DNA of 64,000 nucleotides from the human T2T-CHM13v2.0 reference genome, Homo sapiens, in the NCBI RefSeq assembly GCF_009914755.1, contig NC_060926.1; one strand, written 5' to 3'. The notes under the pieces were generated by a model, which made no database searches, was not told the DNA's origin, and saw nothing but the letters and a program-made list of their open reading frames with translations. Shown here piece after piece: positions 50,375-63,078 of this stretch (positions are counted from its first letter, which is position 1; each line of letters opens with the position of its first letter). The position numbers and the translations under genes are program-made.

Positions 50375-50592
50375 TCAGGCCTGTCTGATATTCTGGCTCC
50401 ACCACTCATGAGCTGTGGGGCCTTGGGCAAGAGGCTAAAAACCTCTTTGTGCCTCAGTATCCGCATGTATGAAATGGGAATAACAGTAATACCCAGATGA
50501 GATATTATGAAGATTAAGTGAGTTAATATTGTAAAGAACTTAGAATAGCATCTAGCACATTGTAAGTGCTCAATAAATGTAAACTATTACTG
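50375..50592 (+). mobile_element. MIR SINE
   Basis: gctgtggggccttgggcaag...gtgcctcagtatccgcatgtatgaaatggg...gtaagtgctcaataaatgt. Confidence 0.9.
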
Positions 50593-50834
50593 TTCTTGTT
50601 AGGTTGTTAGATAAACTAACCTGCATGACTATAGCTAAGAGAGTCCATAATTTGTCTGACTCTGGATTCTGCCTTGCCCTAGTCCAATATATAATCTTGT
50701 GATAAACCTTTCTTCTCTGTGCCAAGCTGAGCCAACCACTCTCTGGCTCATCTATGGTTCTGGTAAATCCTGTCTCCAATTCAGGCTATGCCACAGCAGT
50801 ATCCTATTATAACAACAACTACAACAACTGTTTT

Positions 50835-50990
50835 TTTTGTTATTACTTAGTGCCCGCTAGGCACTGTGCTAAGAGTTTTACATACATATAATTCTCACAG
50901 GCCCAAGAGGTAGTTATCATAAATAAAGAACCCAGCCAGCCAACAACACAGTCAGGATTTGAATCCAGGTCTGCCTGGTTGCACAGTCAC
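50835..50990 (-). mobile_element. MIR fragment
   Basis: aggcactgtgctaagagttttacatacat...gtcaggatttgaatccaggtctg. Confidence 0.7.
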
Positions 50991-51100
50991 ACATCTAAGC
51001 CCTGAGTTACATTTCCTACACAGGATATCAGATATATTACTCCTGCTAGAGCCTTGATTCCCTTATAATTTCTTCTTTAAATTAGATATTTAGGTGTTTG

Positions 51101-51961
51101 TGTAATGAATTGCAAAAACAGCCAAAAATTTTCCCACACACTCTGGAAATTCATCAAGAAATACAATTTATTTTTTTTTACTCCGTCCATCTGGGCTGGC
51201 CTTTTGACTTGCTTTGCCCAATAGATGGGTACAGAAAAAACCTCGTGCTAGTTACAAGCCTGGGCCTTAAAAAGTCTTGTACACTTCCCCTCACTCTTCT
51301 GAGACCCTTACCACCATCACCATGTAAACAAGTCCTGGAGAATAAGAGGCTGCATAGAAGAAAACAAGAGCACCCCAATCAAAGCCTGGCACTCAGTTGC
51401 AGATACATAAATGAGCTCCAGCCAAGAGCAGCCACATCTGGCTCAGATCATCAGAGCACTCCAGCTGAGCCCAGCCCAAGTTACCAATTTGTGAAAGCAT
51501 CACTTAAATAAATGGTTATTGTTTTAAGTCATTGTCTTAGTTCAGCCCGCTAAAACAGAAAAAAATAAACAACCATAGTGTGAGTGGCTTAAACAACAAA
51601 CATTCACATTCACTTCTCACAGTTCTAGAGGCTGGGATGTCCAAGATCAAAGTGCCAGCAGATTTGATGTCTCATGAGGGCTGCCTTCCTGGTTTACAGA
51701 TGGCTGCCTTCTTTTTGTGTCTTTTCATGGCATACAGACAGAGAGTTCTAGTTTCTCTTCCTCTCCTTATAAGGAGGCCATGGGACTCCACCTTCATGAC
51801 CTAACCTGAACCAATTTACCTCCCAAAGACCCCTCCTTCAAATACTATCACTTTAGGGGCTAGGACTTTAACATGAATTTCGGGGGGAATGCAAACATTC
51901 AGTCCATAGTAGCCACTATCTTTTGGGGTGATTTGCAATGCAGACAAAGCTCACTGATGCA
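51101..51961 (+). mobile_element. MLT1H-like MaLR LTR split by MLT1A0
   Basis: tctgggctggccttttgacttgctttgcccaatag...ccagctgagcccagccc...tgttttaagtcat[insert]gccactatcttttggggtgatttg...ctgatgca. Confidence 0.8.
51533..51911 (-). mobile_element. MLT1A0-like MaLR solo LTR
   Basis: tgtcttagttcag...ttctcacagttctagaggctggga...caaacattcagtccatagta. Confidence 0.88.
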
Positions 51962-52334
51962 ATCTGAAAGTTTTTTTTTTAATTATTAACTAATTCATTT
52001 TGCTTTCCTCTGTTGGAGTTTCTGTTTACCATTTAATTTCAGTTGCTGGCCATCTTGATCCCTGCTTTATACTGCTTTTGATCATGCCTTGGACAAGAAA
52101 TAAACAATATTAAACAAGATCCCACTAGCACTCCAGTAATAAACTTTCTTGGGTGAGAAGCAAACCTATTCTCTTTTTTCTGAATTTCATGCCTTGATAA
52201 CTTGCATTATAGCAAAGTACCCAGGAAATTGCCAAACATAGAGTAGAAGAATTGAATTCAACTGTGAATAATACAGATCCAAATATGACTTTAATGCCCA
52301 TAGATTCCCACCACATTTACAGGTAAAAGAAGAC

Positions 52335-52684
52335 ATACTTTAGTCAACCTAAGGCTAATATTGGGGCTCCACAAAGTCATCAAGGACCCAGGCTTTTTCT
52401 TTCTGTTCTGCCACACACAACTTTCATAGTCCAAGATGGCAGTTTTCCAGCCATTACATCTGGATTCCAAGCGATAAGAAGAAAGACATAAACTTCTTCC
52501 CACCCCTGTCCCCTGTCTGTCAATAACTCTGCCCACACAGCACTACTCTTCATATCTCACTGGCAAGCACTTTAGTCACAGGGCCACACATCACTCCAAA
52601 AGAGGCTGGGAATAGTAGCCCCAGTTCTGTTGCTAAGGAGGAAAGGTAAATGGATGTTGCAAGGTCATTCACCATTATCCGCAA
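52335..52684 (-). mobile_element. MLT1J-like MaLR LTR
   Basis: gctccacaaagtcatcaaggacccaggc...tccaagatggc...agaggctgggaa...ttctgttgctaaggaggaaagg. Confidence 0.7.
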
Positions 52685-52939
52685 TAGATGATATTTCACT
52701 ATCATCGTAACAAGGTATCAGGTTGTTGGCAATACAGACCAACTTGGTGTCCTGCATCATAAAAGTCTAATAAACTCTCAAGAGGCACTGGAAATAATAT
52801 CAATTGGAAGATTTATTTCATGGAGAGGGCTGATAGGGCCCTTTTGCCAACAATCAAGATCTGAAGTATTGGTTCCAATACCTGAAATGTTTAACCAACC
52901 ATGATTCAGGCAGTTACTGGCAGCAATTTGCAGTCCAAA

Positions 52940-53915
52940 CTGTACTACTACCTCCAGACTTGTATATCCAGCTACCTACTCAATATCTCCTCTTAGATGT
53001 TTTGAAGTCGATGCAAATCCAATGTGTTCAAAAGTAATTTTGCTCAAAAAACCCAGTCCTCTTCCAGTATGTCTCATCACGGTGAGAAATACCACCATTC
53101 ACCCAGAAGCTTAAGCCAGAGTCCTGGGTGCCATCCTTGGCCTTCCCATTTCCTTAGCACTAATAACTACTCAGTCACTACCTCCTGCCAATTTTCACTC
53201 CCTAATGCCTATTAACTGTACTTATTTTTCTCCATCTCCAAAGATACTGCCCTAATCCAAGCTGACTTCATCTCTTGCCTGGACAGCAGAAATAGTTTCC
53301 CAGTTGGTCTCCCCACATCCATTCTTACCATACCTCCAAACCCACTGTTTACATGGCAGCCAAAACATTTACTTAAAAACATAGATGAAATCATATCACA
53401 TCTCCTCATAAAATGCTTCAATAGTTTTCCATTACTTCTAGCATAAACACTTAAATTCTTCACATGGCCTGCAAGGCTAAGTACTTCTCCTGTTACCCAG
53501 CTCCACTTATTCACGATGATCTAGTCACACAACCTTCTTCAGTTCCTCAAATAAATCAGGTTCTTTTTCACCTCAGAGGCTTTACACACACTGTTACTCT
53601 GCACTGAAGGTTCCACTTTTTTCCCTTACCTGGTTAACACCCCCCATGCTCCAGAACTCAGTTCAAATGTCACTTCCTCAAGGAGTGAACTAATCAGGCT
53701 AGTCCAGTGCCTATTATCAGAGACCCTGATAGTACACCACACTTATCCTCTGTTGTCCTCTTCACAACTGTAATTGAGTATTCAATCATGTCCACTGGCT
53801 TCTCTGCTTGAAAGGGGGCTCCATGAAGATAGCATTGTTCTGTCTTGCTCAGAGCTCTATCCTCAGTGAGCATTGTGCTCTCAATAAATATTAGTTGAAG
53901 GGTAAGTGAGTGAAT
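52940..53915 (+). mobile_element. L2 LINE 3' ~1 kb
   Basis: ctccagacttgtatatccagctacctactcaatatctcc...gttcaaatgtcacttcctc...tcaataaatattagttgaa. Confidence 0.88.
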
Positions 53916-54239
53916 AAAGAAGTACTGTACCATGCAAGCAGAAAATCTCCTCATCTTAGGATGTCAGCGGTAGATTTGACCCCATCAAGAGAGAAGATTC
54001 AGTCATTGGGGAGGTTAGTATGAAGAGGATACCCAGAAATAGGGTGAATATGGAATACTTTTAGTCACCGTAAGATTAGAGTTGGACAGCAATTATGACC
54101 AGCAAGCAACTGAAACAGGGGGTTTTATACTCATCCCAGCTAGGACTGGTTAGATTCCAGGTCCTTGGGCTAAAGCTGATGGGTATTTGATGGGCTCAAG
54201 TGTAACCATGAGGGTCACTGCTATGGAAAGTTGGCCTCA

Positions 54240-54348
54240 TCAAAATATAAACTCCATGGTGACAGGGGTCTGATCTAGTCACTGGGTATCCCAAACACCT
54301 AGAACGGTGCTGCTAGAAAGTCAGTGCTCAGCAAATATTTGTTGCATA
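54240..54348 (+). mobile_element. L2 3' tail
   Basis: taaactccatggtgacagggg...cacctagaacggtgc...gtgctcagcaaatatttgttg. Confidence 0.75.
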
Positions 54349-54654
54349 AATCTCAACATTCACAGCCACAAGTAAGAAAGAGGTAAGTATTAACAGTCAC
54401 AAATTTTAAACAGACACAAGAGGCAGGGGATGATTAAAAAGCATACAGGCTTGCATTAAAAAAAAAAAAAAACTTTTTTACAGCGGGACCCTGTGCAGTC
54501 TTTAGTCCTTTTTTTACCCAAGCACAGAAGCTGCAGACCATCTCACTTTAGTCACATTTTTGGTACCTTTCCATTTCCTCTTAGAGCTTTGCCACTTTAT
54601 TTTGCCTAAAATGTGGTGTTTCAATACCAGTTAGTTCCTTTATAGAGCATATTC

Positions 54655-54794
54655 TTATACCATTTGAACCACACCACAAACCAATGAGTTAAGGTATATT
54701 CAGCCCCACTTGGCACATGAAAAAAAAAATGAGCTTCAGGAATGTTAAGGCATTTGCTCAAGTTAGCACAGCTCACAAAGTGGCATAGGTGAGA
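54655..54794 (-). mobile_element. MIR fragment (resumes at ~55340 after MER21)
   Basis: ccccacttggcacatgaaaaa...gttaaggcatttgctcaagttagcacagct. Confidence 0.65.
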
Positions 54795-55331
54795 TGTAAA
54801 GAAAACTAGTTTTTTTCTCTCTACTCACACTCAATGCAGAACACTTCTACTGCCAGAAGTGGCAGGAGTGGGGGTTCCCTACTCACTAAGCAATTCTCCA
54901 GCAGACACCAACTTCATGTCCTCTAATTCAATTCCATTCTGACACTGTCTACGAGAAGATAGTGTCAGATTCCACGGGGTGAGGACTCAGTTCCACAAGA
55001 CTGCTTCCCATTGCAGATGTGAATCGCAAGTAGTAGGTTGTCCTCTATACTTGTGACTGGCTATAAATCAGGGTTGCCACTAATCCCTCCTTGGATTCTA
55101 TTAATTTGCTAGGATGACTCACAGAACTCAAGGAAACACTTACTTGCATTTACTGGTTTATTAAAAAGGATATTTTAAAGGATATAGATGAACAGCTAGA
55201 TGAAGAGATGTATAAGGCAAAGTGTGGGGAAGGATGTGGAGACACTTCCATCACTCAGAAAATTTCAATTGTTTTAAGAGCTCTTTGACAGGAACTGGGG
55301 ACAATTATCAAATATATTCCATGTTACACCA
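54795..55331 (-). mobile_element. MER21-family ERVL LTR (apparently internally deleted)
   Basis: aattcaattccattctgacactgtctac...actcacagaactcaaggaaacacttact...gagctctttgacaggaactggggaca. Confidence 0.88.
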
Positions 55332-56019
55332 TTTGACATGGTATAACAAGGGGACTTAACATGGTCTTTTACTTCTAGAGTCTATTCTTCTACCATACTC
55401 ACTTCTGGGTGATGATCGTGGAGAATGGAATAGCACATTGAAAATCAGTGTTTAGGTCTGGTGACCTAAACATAGAGAAACTATTAAAAGTTTAAGGAGA
55501 TCATCATTAAAACCCTGCTTATAACAGTTCCCTTTTCTTACCTTCAAATGCACAATTTCTGTCTCTCTGACAGATTCTTCTATTATGGTTTAAAAAACAA
55601 TGCATGTGAGTCTCACTTGAAGTTTACTGGTGTGGAAAGCATATGATGATCAAATGTTCTGCATTGACTGATACAAGATATGGTCACATGGGGATAGATA
55701 TTTGCTTTCCCACAACATACTTTAATACATTTTAAAGACCCAGTTTTCTAGAACTCATCTTCCAGCTATCCTGAAACAGAGAAGCAGTTTTTGGCCTCCG
55801 CTTCCTAAATTATTCCAACTGTCACTCTAATCTCCACTCTCTGTCTTGCATTTGCTCCACAGTCTGGCCTGCAGTGTTTGTTCAGGCAGGATCAAGAACC
55901 ACACATTGCAAGCTTTTCTCATTGGAATGGAGCTGTGATTCAGGGCCCCCACTGATTCTGCACAATCCTGGTAGACTGGAGCTGGGAGGTCTGAGCCACA
56001 ATAATCAGACTGAAAGTAG

Positions 56020-56170
56020 ATGCTCTCATGGGATCACTCTTCTGAGGTGAGGAGCTTGTTACAATGCAGACTCTGAATCAGTTGTGACTGTGGTAGGATC
56101 TTCATTTCCAACAAGCTCCCAAGAGATAGCAATGCTGCAGGTGAAGGACCTCATTTGGCATAGCAAGACC
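56020..56170. mobile_element. MER5A hAT element
   Basis: gagcttgttacaatgcagactctgaatcag...catttccaacaagctcccaag...tgctgcaggt. Confidence 0.7.
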
Positions 56171-56323
56171 CTAGACTAGGTCAACACAGCCCCCTCCCAG
56201 TTCCATGCTCTCATTGTACATGTACTTCATAGCATATTTCAGTGTGTCATTACATGTTTATGAGACTATTTGAATAATATCTGTTCCCATTTTAAAAAAC
56301 TTCAAAGTATTGAGATTGTATCC

Positions 56324-56679
56324 CATATTAGTCCGTTCTCACATTGCTATAAAGAACTATCTGAGACTGGGTAATTTATTTAAAAAAAGAGGTTTAATTG
56401 ACTCACAGTTCTGCATGGCTGGGGATGCCTTGGGAAACTTACACTCATGGCAGAAGGTGAAGGGGAAGCAAAACACATCTTACACAGCAGCAGGAGAGAT
56501 AGAGAAGTACCACACTTTTAAACCATCAGATCTTGTGAGAACTCACTCGCTATCAGGAGAACAGCATGGCAGAAACCGCCCCCATGATCCTATTACCTCC
56601 CACCAGGTCCCTCTCTCAACACCTGAGGATTACAATTCTAGATGAGATTTGGGTGCGGATGCAGAGCCAAACCATATCA
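56324..56679 (-). mobile_element. THE1D-like MaLR solo LTR
   Basis: tattagtccgttctcacattgctataaagaac...gagatttgggtg...agagccaaaccatatca; flanks tatcc/taacc. Confidence 0.92.
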
Positions 56680-57150
56680 TAACCCTCAAAGCCTAGTCAG
56701 GTAAAGAGAGACCATACCAGATAGTCTAACGGAAGGAATTTAATTTAGGAAACTAGTTACAAAAGTGTTGGAGATACTGAGAGTGAAACAACCCAGATTT
56801 AAGCAAGAGCAAAAAGCTGCTACCATTTTTAGGGCTGGAGGAACAAAGAAAGAAAGGACTCTCACACAATCCCAAGGCCTGGGCTGCCTGTGGAAGCTGG
56901 ATTCACGGCAGAAGCTACCATGGGAGCTGGAACACAGAGAAGATGTAGCCACTTCCCAAAGTGGTAGGTGGGGGACACAGTAAGAAATACCATTGCTCCT
57001 CCTCTTCCTCCTGCTCTATTATCTCCTTCTAGTGTCTCTTATTAGTCAAATATACCAAGAAGCCAATTGACAAGGGTACCTGGAAATAGAATTTGCAGAG
57101 AAGGATTAAGAAATGAATCTACTTGCAGATAACAGTAAGAGCATGTCTAC
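56680..57150 (-). mobile_element. LTR78-like old ERV LTR (host of the THE1 insertion)
   Basis: agtcagg...gaatttaatttaggaaactagttac...agctgctaccatttttagggctggaggaacaaag...gaagccaattgacaaggg. Confidence 0.6.
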
Positions 57151-57739
57151 ACTACTTACACTTAGAGCACAGTGCCTAGCATACAGTGGGCACAGTCAGT
57201 AAATATTTGCTGAAAGACTGAACAACTAAAGGAGGAGTAAAAGCCAGATACCCTTCTCATGAACACACATACACACACTATATAGACACATACTTATTAA
57301 AACCATGGTAATGGTCATCAGTGACCACTAGCCTTGAAATTCTCAGCCTCTACATCATCCAAAGTTTACCATCATGCCCAGACTCTAGCCAATTGAATGA
57401 ATGGTTATCCTGGAGCAGTGAATGTGCCACGCAGCTACTACAGTTGAACAAATTTGTTCTTCAGTAGACTGTTGTTCAGCCTTGAGAGAACAGGGATAGG
57501 TGAGCATAAAGGACTCTCAGGACAATTCAGTTTCACTATGGCATTATCTACAGTCAGTGCAAGCCTGATAGCGGAACAAGCAGAAATTTAATTTCCCCTA
57601 AAGATTCATCTTTTGTCAATACAGCATCCTACCAGCCATTCCCTCATAGGACAAGCTCGACTATTATTGCTTACTACCTGGCTCTTAAGGATCAACACGG
57701 ACTACAGAAATCACTCAGCCACCATTTACCCAGATCTCA

Positions 57740-57945
57740 TTATGCACTCAGTGCTTCATCAAAAACCTTTCATATTTTGTCTCACGTAGTCCTCACCACA
57801 ACTCTGTGAGGTTGGCACTATTATCACTTCCATCTTACAAGACAGGAAACTAAGCTCATCAACTAAGTTTTCCTGCTTGAGATCATGCAGCAGGTAAATA
57901 ACAAAGCTGGACTCTCAAATCCAGGCAATGTGACTACAAAGCCAC
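57740..57945 (-). mobile_element. MIR SINE
   Basis: tagtcctcaccacaactctgtgagg...ctattatcacttccatcttacaagacaggaaactaagctc. Confidence 0.8.
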
Positions 57946-58743
57946 TTTCCACCTCTGATTCATTAGGGAAGATTCCCATCATAACGACAGGGATTCCCTA
58001 TGTGGGCTTTGGTATATGACTTCCTTCTTCAGAGCACAGCACTGTGCTGACTACAAAGTGAAACTGATATTCCTCACATCTGCTTGTGTGTGCCTTTCTC
58101 AGCATCTGTATATCACCTTGACTTACTGTCTTAAGAAAGGACTTAGATGTTCAGTACCTCTTCACAATCTCAGAAAGTTTTCCTAGAGATCTGAACAGAG
58201 ACTAACAGCCCTTCTTAGATTTCTAGCAGCATTCTAAAGCATAGCTACGCAAGACAGAGCAAAATGGATCTTTTGAGCAGTACTTCCTCACTCCTTTGAT
58301 GATGGAAAATGACTATGACACAATGCCATCAACTCTGACCCACCTGACCAACATCCACAAAGCTCAGCGATTTTCTCTGGCAGTCTACTTAGCATTTGTC
58401 AGAGCAAGCTTTACTAGGAAAGACAGGCATTCTAGAAAAACTGTCAAATGAGATTTAGACTCCAGAAGGTGTACTGGGTGTTTGTCCTCTGTCAGCTCCT
58501 CTTTAAAGAGGACTGTGTCACCCAGCAAGGTATCCTAAAACTCACCAGAGCCCAGGGAGGTGGGGTAGGGAGAGGCTTCGCTTTCATACAGAAAACCTAC
58601 AGAGCAACCCACCCAGCCTCCTCACTTTCTCCCTTTCAGGGGCTGCCTCTGGGGCTTTCTTTCCCCCCTTGCTGAAAAGTTTTAGAAAAGTCATCAGCGT
58701 TAGTTCAAGAAAGTTCCCATTTTTCATGACTATGTTTATAGTA

Positions 58744-59083
58744 CAGGCTCAGCATCCCTTATATGACATGCTTGGGACCAAAAGTTTTTCAGATTTTTAA
58801 TTTTTTTCAAATTTTGGAATGTTTGCATATACATAATGACATATCTTGAAAATGGGGACCCAAGTCTAAAGATGAAATTCATTTGTTTCATATACACCTA
58901 ATACGTGCAGCTTGAAGATAATGTCATACAATATTCTTAATAATTTTTTGCATGAAACAAAGCTTGTATACCTGAGGTCAGGTGTGGGATTTTTCCAATT
59001 GTGATATCATGTTGACGTTCACAAATTTTCAAATTTCGGAGAATTTTGGATTTCAAATTTTCAGATTAGGGATGCTCAACCTG
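58744..59083. mobile_element. Tigger4b/MER46-type TcMar DNA transposon
   Basis: TIRs caggctcagcatccctta ... attagggatgctcaacctg, flanked by TA on both sides. Confidence 0.9.
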
Positions 59084-59148
59084 TATTAAAATCCTTGACA
59101 GTATCTATTAATCTATATCTATCAATTACTAGTTATTTATTGAACACT

Positions 59149-59151
<3 letters not shown>

Positions 59152-59180
<29 letters not shown>
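59152..59180. repeat. poly(A) tract inside a reverse L2 tail fragment
   Basis: 29 A between atttattgaacactgg and tggtcctgccctcaaggagc. Confidence 0.9.
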
Positions 59181-59228
59181 CGTAGAAAAGATGTGGTCCT
59201 GCCCTCAAGGAGCAATCTATTTGGGTAG

Positions 59229-59710
59229 TGTTTCAGTTCTACATTTCCATAATAACACTGACTAACAAATAATCACATGCAAAATAAGTGCTTAGTGCTT
59301 GCCTATTGGAGGTTGTCAGGTGGATCTGCTGACCATGGCTGGGTTGTGTCACATGTCTGGGGCTTGGCTGGCTATAGGCTGGTCTAGCATGGCCTTGGCT
59401 AGGTTGACCAGGGTGACTCAGCTCCCCTCACATGTCTTTCGTTCTTCTTCTGGAACTAGTAGGCTAGCCTAGGCATATCCCTCTCATGACAGCAGCAGAG
59501 TGCAAAAACGCAGTCAAAATGCACAAGCACTTTTTAAAATAGGTCTGCAAATGTCTTATTAGCCAAAGCAGGTCACATGCCCAAATCCAGATCAAGGGAG
59601 AAGAATAGACTCTGCCTGTCTAGTAAGAGGAACTACAATGCCAAATGGCAAAGAGGAAGGTCACAGAAAGGGGTGAGAATTGGGTCTAGGAATAGAATCA
59701 ATCTACAGCA
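59229..59710 (-). mobile_element. MLT1H-family MaLR solo LTR
   Basis: gtgactcagctcccctcacatgtct...ttagccaaagcaggtcacatgcccaa...gagaattggg; flanks ggtag/gatag. Confidence 0.8.
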
Positions 59711-59749
59711 GATAGCTAAGAGGGAAAATGCAGGAGGGAATCTATGACC

Positions 59750-60235
59750 AAGCTCCTTGGGCATGGCCTTCATGATCTGCCCAGTTCTGACCTACAGCTC
59801 AAGCTTCCTGGTCTCCTCTCAACTCACTGTGTCTCCTTCCTACCCATATCACTCCGTTCCTCTCACTAAGTGACCTAAGTGTTCTCTCACTTCTTGGGCC
59901 CATTTCTCTCTGCCTGAAAGGCCCTTCCTTCCCCATCTCACCTGACATTTGCCCAGTAAGCTCCTAGTCATTCCTCAGGCCTCAGCTTGTCCATCAGTTC
60001 CTCTGGCAAGTCTTTTCTAAACTCTAGAACTTGAGTTAGAAGCCCACCTATATGCCCTCCAGCAGCCTGTTCCCACTCCATCGTGGGTATTGTCATTTTC
60101 TGTTTACCTGTCTCTAGCTTCCACTAGACTTCACATTAAGCTGTGTGTTCAAAGAGGGTCAGTACTGCAGCCCCAGGGCCTCACATAGCCCCTTGCTCAG
60201 AGCTCTAAAATCAATAAGTGTTTGATGAATGAAAC
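59750..60235 (+). mobile_element. L2 3' fragment
   Basis: ggccttcatgatctgccc...ctcctagtcattcctcaggcctcagctt...tcaataagtgtttgatgaatgaa. Confidence 0.78.
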
Positions 60236-60305
60236 TGCTTAGGGCCTTGGCACAGATGGGGTGGGGAGAAAAGGGCAGCAAAAAATGCATTCAAGAAGGG
60301 AAAGG

Positions 60306-60754
<449 letters not shown>

Positions 60755-60772
60755 TCAGCAGATACTCGGGAG

Positions 60773-61098
60773 TGGCACTGTTCAACAGAAACATAATGTG
60801 AGCCACAAATGTGGGCCCACTTATGTAATTTTACATTTTCTGGAAGCCACATTTTTAAAAAGTAAAAATAAACAGGCAAAATTCATTTTAATAACATATT
60901 TCACTTATCCCAATGTATCCAAAAGATTATCATTTCAACATGTAATCAATATAAAAAATGACTAATGAGATGTACATTTTTTATACTACATCCTTAAAAT
61001 CTAATGTGTGTTTTATACTTAAAGCACATCTCAGTTTGAACACACTTTCAGGGCTAAATAGCCACAGTAGCTAGTGACTACCATGTTGAACAGTGCAG
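60773..61098. mobile_element. MER33 hAT-Charlie element
   Basis: gcactgttcaacagaaacataatgtgagccac...atcatttcaacatgtaatcaatataaaaaat...ccatgttgaacagtgcag (inverted termini). Confidence 0.88.
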
Positions 61099-62768
61099 CT
61101 CTGGGGCCAAGTGATCATCTGGGACTAATCCAGGATGATAATAGTAATGAAAATGATGACAGTATTGAGAATGGAGAGAAAGGCAAGTGCATGACATTCC
61201 ACTGGCAGAATTAGTGTGTCAGCTTATCTGAGAGCCGGAGCACTGGTAATGTATATTTACACATTTGGCATTCAGTCTGTATTGGAAAGGAGAATCGGTT
61301 CACATACAAGCTGTGATTTTGTTCACATTTCTGTTCTCAGAGATAACTATTTGTTAGTGAAATCTACCACCTTTATCCAAGCCATGAAAATAGTGAAAAT
61401 ACTTTCTGAGGCTGATTCCTAGTGTGGAACGCAAGATTTGTGAAATTTGAGCATACTTGGTATAATTCAAAACCATTTTTATGTACTATGGGTCACAATC
61501 AATTCAATTCAACAACCATTGAATGAGTTCCTACTAATTGGAAGCCTGGGCTACTGAGCAATTATCCTTGAGAGAAAAGTAAACAAAAGCATAATTTATT
61601 AATATACTTGTTGTTCTCCCAGTTATACAATTAGTTAACTGTTACACACTTATTTGTGATGTGTCTGTATGATATGAACATGTGCAGATATATTTTATTA
61701 GACTTTATGTTAAACCATACTTAGAAGTTATCTATTCTAAGTGTATCTCTACCTTTAATTTCTTCATTTTGCAAGTGAAAAAACTGAAGAAGAATAAAGA
61801 ACTTGCCTAAATGTAGCCGCGGGAAGATCTGACGAGAGAATCCTGGTTTCTTTCTCTTTCTAGGCAAATGCTTCTTTTGGGATATATTTTACATAATGTA
61901 ATGAGTTTTATAGAAAAAATTAAGCATTCACAGACATTGGGTTATCTTTAAAGATATTTCTATGGCTATGTGTGTGTATAATAAACAAAAAGTATTAATT
62001 AAACAATTTCCCATTTATGGAAATATTTTAAGTGTACATGTTTCTAATAAAATGGATTTCAAGCAAAGACCTCAAGGCTCTTACCGCTAAATTTGATTTG
62101 TCCCCAAACTGTATCTTCATATTAGCTGATAACTCTCTTACTCTTATGAGCATCTTTAACATATCTTTTTAAATGATCTGGATTGACTGTCTAGACTGTT
62201 TCAAGTTCCCTGGATAATTCTGCAACTCCCTCTTTACTCTGACAGTGTGCATGTGACCTTGAGTTAAATTAGAGAGATTTATTCTAAGTGCTTCATATGC
62301 ACTACATACATTACTTAATATTGAAGATTTTTGCTTTATAAGTATAAGGGGAGAATTTCCTGTTGAGAAATATTAAATACCACTTATCTAAGGTTATCAG
62401 GTTATGTGACTGCACATTTCCAGCTCTTTCTTTCGGAAAATGAATCCACTGTTATTGAAATTTAAAGAAATTAATGCATTTTTAATCAGATCAATATACA
62501 TTTACTATAACAAGCACATAATCCATCTTGAGTTGAACACTATGTTTTTTGAAACTAACAAAATTACTGTAGGTCAAGAAACAAATATATAGGAATTTAA
62601 ATATATATATATTTGTTACTAATAATAACTGATTTCATCAGGAACATCTGATAAATCTCAAGGATGTGATAAAGTCAGGAACGCCTTGCAATAGGAAGCA
62701 GATATTGAGAACATTCTCTTGTTCTGCTTTTTCACTTGACAATGTGGGCAATTAAGACTTCATAAATT

Positions 62769-63078
62769 GGCGGGGGGTGGTGGCTCACACCTGTAATCCC
62801 AGCACTTTGGGAGGCTGAGGAGGGCGGATCACCTGAGGTCACGAGTTTGAGACCAGCCTGGCCAACATGGCGAAACCCTGTCTCTGCTAAAAATACAAAA
62901 ATTAGCTGGGCGTGGTGGTGGGTGCCTGTAATCCCAGCTACTTGGGAGGCTGAGGCAGGAGAATCACTTGAACCCGAGAGGTGGAGTTTGCAGTGAGCTC
63001 AGATCGCTCCATTGCTCTCCAGCCTGAGCAACAAGAGCGAAACTCTGCGTCAAAAAATAAAAAAATAAAAAAATAAAA
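62769..63078 (+). mobile_element. AluSp/Sq-type SINE
   Basis: Full Alu with gcaacaagagcgaaactc; TSD aagacttcataaatt/aagactccacaaatt. Confidence 0.96.

Noticed and set aside
51098-51804. 137-aa and 74-aa ORFs
   Set aside because: They lie within MLT1 LTRs
52688-52707. gatgata/tatcatc hairpin
   Set aside because: A 7-bp stem is expected by chance in 64 kb
56310-56645. 111-aa ORF
   Set aside because: Antisense reading of the THE1D LTR
57965-58000. Paired NF-kB-like sites and inverted repeat
   Set aside because: Neither site fits GGGRNNYYCC fully and the stem is short enough to arise by chance
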